Source of the DNA: Pseudomonadota bacterium
GTDB taxonomy: Bacteria; Pseudomonadota; Alphaproteobacteria; Caulobacterales; Maricaulaceae
Reading direction: 5' to 3'
Assembly (NCBI GenBank): GCA_039033275.1
Contig: JBCCCX010000001.1
Location: 1 to 53,991, forward strand
Length of the DNA stretch: 53,991 bases
The position numbers and the translations under genes were made by a program. The notes under the pieces are model-generated. The model was not told where the DNA came from and did not search any database. It was given only the letters and a program-made list of their open reading frames with translations. Every line of letters begins with the position of its first letter. The stretch's first letter is position 1. Positions 48,713 to 53,991 of the stretch are shown in pieces.

Positions 48713-49723
48713 ATGAAGAAACTACTGCAAATCAATGGATTCTTGATTGGGGTGATGGTGGCCGTAGGGCTGGCTTGGCTACTGCCTGATTTGGGCGCAA
48801 AGGGCGGGCTGTTGCGGAGTGAAATCAGCACGAGAATCGGCGTCTTCATCATTTTCGTAATTCAGGGCCTGACCTTGCCGACAAACGAATTGAAGCAGGG
48901 ATTGTTGCAAGTGAGACTGCATGCGGTGTGTCAACTGAGTATCTTTCTATGGGCGCCAATCCTTTTATGGTTGGTCCTTTGTATTTCCGAATCATTCATC
49001 GAAGTTCCCTCTGATTTGCGAGTGGGGTTTTATTTTTTAGCAATTTTGCCCACGACGGTATCAACGGCGATTGTTTTCACGAGTAAGGCGGAAGGTAATG
49101 TCGCTGGCGCGCTTTTCAATACTTCGGTAGCCAATGTGTTGGGGGTTTTCATTGTGCCCCTCTTTATGACTTTCGTTCTTAAAGATACGGTGGCGGGTGC
49201 AGATGCGGGGCAAGTTCTGAATTTATTAGGCAAAATCTCTCAAATAATTTTAGTACCTTTGATCATAGGACAGGTATTGCGTATCTGGTACGCGGATTGG
49301 GCGAAAGCTAAGAAAAAAGCACTGAGCAAAGTGAATGTTTACATCATCTATTTCATGATCTATGCGGCTTTTTGTAACTCGGTTAAAAAGGGCTTATGGA
49401 ACGATTACGGCTTGGATACCGTCGGGATCGCCTTTGGGTTGAGTCTTTTGTTTCTACTGCTTATGACTGGATCGGTCTACTTGTTTTCCCGTATCCTAAA
49501 GTTTGATACAAAAAACCAGACAACGATCCTTTTTTGCGGAGCGCAAAAGACTTTGGCTGCCGGTGTTCCGATGGCCAACACAATTTTTATCGCAGAGCGT
49601 CCAGAGCTTGGTCTGGTGTTGCTCCCCATTATGTTTTACCACCCAAGTCAAATATTACTCGGATCCTATTTGATGAGCTTTTTCGAGAAGAAGGTGAAAG
49701 CGGAGCAAAAGCGAGCAAGCTAA
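48713..49723 (+). CDS. Bile acid:sodium symporter family protein (YfeH-like)
   Basis: LPTTVS..FT..A.GN..ALFN, FCGAQKTLAAGVPM and PIMFYH..Q motifs. Confidence 0.88.
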   Translation: MKKLLQINGFLIGVMVAVGLAWLLPDLGAKGGLLRSEISTRIGVFIIFVIQGLTLPTNELKQGLLQVRLHAVCQLSIFLWAPILLWLVLCISESFIEVPSDLRVGFYFLAILPTTVSTAIVFTSKAEGNVAGALFNTSVANVLGVFIVPLFMTFVLKDTVAGADAGQVLNLLGKISQIILVPLIIGQVLRIWYADWAKAKKKALSKVNVYIIYFMIYAAFCNSVKKGLWNDYGLDTVGIAFGLSLLFLLLMTGSVYLFSRILKFDTKNQTTILFCGAQKTLAAGVPMANTIFIAERPELGLVLLPIMFYHPSQILLGSYLMSFFEKKVKAEQKRAS

Positions 49724-49817
49724 ACTAAACAGCCATTTAGAGTTATAAACGGGACGCTGTGCATTCAGCTTGATTCATGGCGTTTTTCTGGAATTTCGAA
49801 TCTTGCAAACTTTTGAT

Positions 49818-50615
49818 TTAGGCTTCGTGGAACGCTTTGACCAGTGCTTCGGGGTCCTCGGCTTTCATGAGGGCTTCACCCACGAGGATAGCATTGGCTC
49901 CGCAAGCGCTGGCACGTTCGGCATCTTCGGAGTCGAAAATGCCACTTTCGCTGATCGCGATGATCTCGTCGGGAATTTGCGGAATAATTGTTTCAGAGAT
50001 GGCTAGATCCGTGACGAATCGCGAGAGGTCGCGGTTGTTGACCCCGACGATTTTGGGATCGAATGTCAGCGCGCGTTCGAGTTCGGATTCGGTATGGACT
50101 TCAAACAACGAGTCGAGCCCAGCGATGCTGGCGCACTCGTAGAGTTTTTTGATTTCGTCGTCCTCAAGGGCTCGAACGATGATGAGAATACAGCGCGCCC
50201 CGGCTTCGGCAGCTTCGATGATTTGGATCGGGTCGACCATGAAGTCTTTGCGTAAACACGGGGTCGGGCGTTGATGTTCCTCGATGAAGTCTACGACATT
50301 CCACAAGTCCTGAAGGGTACCTCCAAAGTACTTTTCGTCGGTCAGAACAGAAAATGCATCGGCCTCGGCGTTTAGGTAGAGTCGGGCCTGTTCAGCGGCA
50401 TCGGGCAATTGTTTGATCTCCCCGGCCGAGGGGGACTTACGCTTGATCTCGGCAATTACGGCGAGCCCTTCATCATCCCGCTTCAATGCTTCACGGAAGG
50501 GACGACTGAAGCGTTGCATGGTGCTGAGGTGCGAAAGTTCGCGTTCGGTGACCGGGCGTATCCTGGAGGCGATTTCCTGGCGTTTCCAAGCCATGATTTC
50601 AGCGAGTTTATCCAT
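49818..50615 (-). CDS. trpC: Indole-3-glycerol phosphate synthase
   Basis: IAEIKRKSPS, SVLTD..YF.G, LRKDF, GVNNRDL and SESGI motifs. Confidence 0.95.
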   Translation of the reverse strand: MDKLAEIMAWKRQEIASRIRPVTERELSHLSTMQRFSRPFREALKRDDEGLAVIAEIKRKSPSAGEIKQLPDAAEQARLYLNAEADAFSVLTDEKYFGGTLQDLWNVVDFIEEHQRPTPCLRKDFMVDPIQIIEAAEAGARCILIIVRALEDDEIKKLYECASIAGLDSLFEVHTESELERALTFDPKIVGVNNRDLSRFVTDLAISETIIPQIPDEIIAISESGIFDSEDAERASACGANAILVGEALMKAEDPEALVKAFHEA

Positions 50616-50722
50616 CTGTATTTTGTGCGTTGATCTCGTTTGCAATTTTTTATTATTCCTAGGCGCAGTTGGTATTTGCAACCCGCGATATTAGTAGATT
50701 CACCCTTTTAACTTTCGATTCC

Positions 50723-51394
50723 TTGAGCGCTATTGAAGATCTGATTCACACAGTTTCCTGTTTGCGGGCCCCTGATGGTTGCCCGTGGGATAAGGAGCAG
50801 ACCCATCAAAGTCTGGCTCAGTGCTTGATTGATGAGTGTTCGGAGCTTTTGGAAACCATCGACTTGGATGATAAAGAGCATATGCGCGAGGAACTGGGCG
50901 ACGTGCTGTGTCAGGTGGTGATGCATGCCCAGATGGCCAATGAAGATGGACATTTCGATTTTGAAGATGTGGCGCACGATATTAATGAAAAATTGGTGCG
51001 TCGACACCCTCATGTGTTTGGAGAGGTGGATGCCCAAGTCGATAGTTCTGGCAAAGTCTTGAAACTCTGGGACGAGATCAAAGCACAAGAGAAGGGACGC
51101 CCACAGCCAAAGGGACTGTTTAAGGATTTACCGCCTCAATTGCCGGCTCTCTTGTATGCAGACGCGGTTATTAAGCAGGTGAACAAACAGTTGATTCCGA
51201 CTGAGTCTTTTCTCGATAGAGGCAAAGTCGAGTCAGCTGCTCAGACGATTGATGCGTCTTCGGTCGGCAGAGAGCTTTTTCACTTGGTCGCTTGTTGCCG
51301 TGCGGCGGGAATCGATCCGGAATCCGCGCTGCGGCGTTACACTACTGAACTCGTTGAAACTTGTGAAACCGAACACGCTCAGCACGACGCGTAG
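50723..51394 (+). CDS. mazG: MazG family nucleotide pyrophosphohydrolase
   Basis: LRAPDGCPWD.EQTH, EELGDVL and KLVRRHPHVF motifs; second domain degenerate. Start approximate. Confidence 0.88.
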   Translation: MSAIEDLIHTVSCLRAPDGCPWDKEQTHQSLAQCLIDECSELLETIDLDDKEHMREELGDVLCQVVMHAQMANEDGHFDFEDVAHDINEKLVRRHPHVFGEVDAQVDSSGKVLKLWDEIKAQEKGRPQPKGLFKDLPPQLPALLYADAVIKQVNKQLIPTESFLDRGKVESAAQTIDASSVGRELFHLVACCRAAGIDPESALRRYTTELVETCETEHAQHDA

Positions 51395-52136
51395 CCTCAT
51401 TGTTTCACTCAAAATTGATTGTTCCGGTGAATGCTTACCGGTCGACGTGGAGCTGCGCCGGCAGCCTAGGGCTCGTTATTTTCGACTTCGTGCCAAAACA
51501 CGCAGTAAGGCCCTGCTAACCTTGCCTTGGCATGCAAGCTATGAGGAAGCACAGGACTTTTTAGAAAAAAATCTGGAATGGCTTGGCCAGCATCTCGCCA
51601 CTAAGCCTGGCCCTGATTCCTTGGCTAGCTATATGAATGAGCATGCCAGTGTAGCGATCCGGGGGCGGGTGTATCCGATAACCTTCAGCGAAGGATTCAC
51701 TCAAGGGCGCCTGCGGACCACAGTGGACCGCGACTCAGAATCGGTCATCATCCATTTGGCATCGGGAGACTCAAAATTTGAAACAGAGACTTGGGTGGAA
51801 ATCTTGAAATCGATTGCCAAAGTGCAGTTGGATCTGAGGGTTTGTGATTTGTCGGAACGGCTTTCCATAAAAATCCCCGGGGTATCGGTTCGTGATCAGG
51901 AATCACGTTGGGGCAGTTGCTCAAGCTCCGGCCGATTGAGCCTCAATTGGCGATTGATCATCCTGCCGCCGGTATTGCAAGACTATGTAATCTACCATGA
52001 ATTAGCCCACCTTTCGGAACACAACCACAGTTCGAGATTCTGGGATTTATTGCATCGATATGATCCACGGGCGGGTCGACATGATCAGTCTTTGAGTCGC
52101 GATTATGGATTCTTGATGAACTTCGGGAGAGGGTGA
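51363..52136 (+). CDS. M48/YgjP-like (DUF45) metallopeptidase
   Basis: SRWGSCS, LNWRL and YVIYHELAHL..NHS..FW motifs. Start approximate. Confidence 0.85.
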   Translation: MKPNTLSTTRSLIVSLKIDCSGECLPVDVELRRQPRARYFRLRAKTRSKALLTLPWHASYEEAQDFLEKNLEWLGQHLATKPGPDSLASYMNEHASVAIRGRVYPITFSEGFTQGRLRTTVDRDSESVIIHLASGDSKFETETWVEILKSIAKVQLDLRVCDLSERLSIKIPGVSVRDQESRWGSCSSSGRLSLNWRLIILPPVLQDYVIYHELAHLSEHNHSSRFWDLLHRYDPRAGRHDQSLSRDYGFLMNFGRG

Positions 52137-52191
52137 GGGAGGGGCCACGTTAATTCGATGGCTCAGGATTGATTGCGGTTCAGAAAGGCCC

Positions 52192-52683
52192 TTAGCAATT
52201 GATCGTTTTACTCATCACGGTGTGAGGGATGATTCCAAACAAGCGGTGGCCTGGAGCTTGAACAACGTATCCGCACTTCTTGTAAAAGGGCACAGCCGTG
52301 TCGCGCGAATTCAGCTCGATGGTGCAAGATCGGTGTATCGAACAGATTTGGGTTTCTAGCGCACTCAGGATTCTGCGACCGAGACCGCGTCGCTCAAATT
52401 CAGGGTGGACTGCCATATATCGGACCTGGGCGATCCCGTCTTCTCGGATATGTATTCGCCCGACTCCGACTACATTTCCCGCCTCGGTTCGCGCCATAAT
52501 GTGATGCGCAGATTCCTCATTTTCATCTTTCTCACTGCCTTTTGATTTGTAGTGGGGTTTGCGCAATATTTCCCAACGGAAGGCGTAGTAGGCCTGATAA
52601 TCTGCTGGGGAGCGCGGCGCGCGAATCTCGATATCCGCCGAAGATCTCGCTGAAGCAATGTTTTCTAAAGGGTCCGTAGTCAT
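52192..52683 (-). CDS. GNAT acetyltransferase
   Basis: RWEILRKP, QVRYMAV..RRGLG and AVPFY.K.GY motifs. Confidence 0.85.
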   Translation of the reverse strand: MTTDPLENIASARSSADIEIRAPRSPADYQAYYAFRWEILRKPHYKSKGSEKDENEESAHHIMARTEAGNVVGVGRIHIREDGIAQVRYMAVHPEFERRGLGRRILSALETQICSIHRSCTIELNSRDTAVPFYKKCGYVVQAPGHRLFGIIPHTVMSKTINC

Positions 52684-52694
52684 CTCCCAAGGCC

Positions 52695-53910
52695 TTATTG
52701 AGTCACACGATATTGAGTGTTACCAACGGATCGTTCAAAATTGGCCACGGCGATGAGGTGACTGTAATTTGCTTGCAGTTGATTCGTCCGAGCATCGGTG
52801 AGAGCGAAGCGGGCGCTGAGCACATTTAGCTGCGTACCCGCACCTGCCGAATACCGCGCGTCGGCCAGACGTAAAGCCTCCTCGGCTTGTTCTACGACTT
52901 TGGTGGCTGCCTCGACAAGTTCCTCGGCCTCCTGAAGCGAAGAAATTGCCCGACGCACCTCGACTTCGATGGCCAGCTTAGTTTCGTCGACTTGAAGTTC
53001 CGCTTGGCGGAGTTGTGATCTTGCTTGCACCACTCGGCCCCGGGTCGCCCGGCCATCCCAAACCGCCCAGCTTGCTTGCAAGCCGATGTTCCATCCGTGA
53101 AGGTATTCACGAAGGCTCGCGAAATCAGTGTCGCTGCGGAAATCGTAACCTGCGACCAGGTCGACGTTCGGTCGGTAGCCGGACCGAGCATTGTCAACTG
53201 CTGATTCTTGGGCATCGATTATGAAATCGAGTTGATTGATTTCGGGGCGTTTGCTTAGTGCCGTGTTTAAGGCATCAATGAGTTCATACTCGATCGGTTC
53301 GTAAAAAAGTTCTCCGAGAAACTCCGGGACTTTTGCGACATTCTGGCGGTCGGTATTCTGGTATCCAATCGCGCGGCGAAATTCATCGAGAGCGATGCGG
53401 TAACTGTTGCGCGCTCGTATCAGAGCCGGTCGAGCATTGGCCACGGTGACTTCGGCTTGAAGCACATCGAATCGAGAGACGGAACCTGCCTCAAAGCGAT
53501 TACGCGCATTGGTGAGTTGATCATTCAGGAGGACAATATTCTCCTCTTGGACTTCGATGCTCTCACGTGCTAGGAGAACGTCGTAATAGCGTATCTTGAC
53601 GTCTAGGACAACTTGTTCGATGACAGTTTGCAAATCATAGAGCGCGGCTTCCCTTACCGCATCCTGAGCGCGAATCGCAGCACTGAGACCGCCTCCGCTG
53701 TAAAGGGCCTGGCGCACCTGTATCCCGACCGCCCAACTATTCTCGTTAGTCTCGGGCTGTAGCAGGTCTTCATCTATAGTGCTCGTCGAGGCGTTGACAG
53801 TGGCTCGCGGCAATACGACAGACTTCACCTCTAATATCAAACCGTCTTGCTCTCGAATGCGTTCTTGAGCCTGCTGGATAGCAAAGCTGTGCTCGAGTGC
53901 GTACCGTATC
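52695..53910 (-). CDS. TolC family outer-membrane efflux protein, 5'-truncated
   Basis: Two OEP repeats (RFEAG..SRFDVLQA; RYSAG.GTQL.VL.A). The frame extends up to IRYALEHSFAIQQA but has no credible start or signal peptide. Confidence 0.85.
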
Positions 53911-53991
53911 GAGCTGCTTCGCGCTCTCGCCCCAGGGGCGATGCAGGCGCAGCGGAAACGGACCCAGCCCGCTCAGGCTCTTGGCCAGAAA

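Larger units (their letters stand above)
48501..53910. other. Compositionally foreign segment (lower GC, different codon usage)
   Basis: Abrupt GC drop by eye; genes truncated at both edges; no integrase, transposase or terminal repeats seen. Confidence 0.85.

Noticed and set aside
53925-53991. SAH-riboswitch-like words (AGGGGCGATGCAG..TCAGGCTC)
   Set aside because: P1 does not pair, the sequence is cut by the window edge, and it reads as open coding frames.

Overview
Positions 1 to ~48,500 are high-GC alphaproteobacterial chromosome. Caulobacterales/Hyphomonadales affinity is inferred from CtrA-like, alpha-type LexA and EcfG-type motifs and the alkB/dnaK neighbourhood. In order it holds: a cls-DAG kinase-phosphoesterase operon divergent from an EEP gene; a YqcI/YcgG + DUF1989 pair; an ~11.4 kb light/stress signalling cluster (five Crp/Fnr paralogues, a LOV protein with a degenerate kinase, a class II photolyase, a receiver, and two coupled HWE-type kinases with complementary defects); an arginine succinyltransferase operon; usp, tRNA-Leu(CAA), murI, an ArnT-like transferase, msrA, phrB, argG, gdhA, an S8 protease, an OYE reductase; alkB coupled to a DUF2235-LysM gene; dnaK-FkbM-dnaJ; a flavodoxin; an NhaC transporter overlapping a secreted avidin-family gene; and a C39-peptidase ABC transporter. 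At ~48,500 the sequence switches abruptly to a lower-GC ~5.4 kb block (BASS symporter, trpC, mazG, M48 peptidase, GNAT, TolC). Both ends of this block cut genes mid-frame and no mobility genes are present, so it is most likely a chimeric join or foreign segment. All family calls come from motif recognition by eye; no database searches were run.
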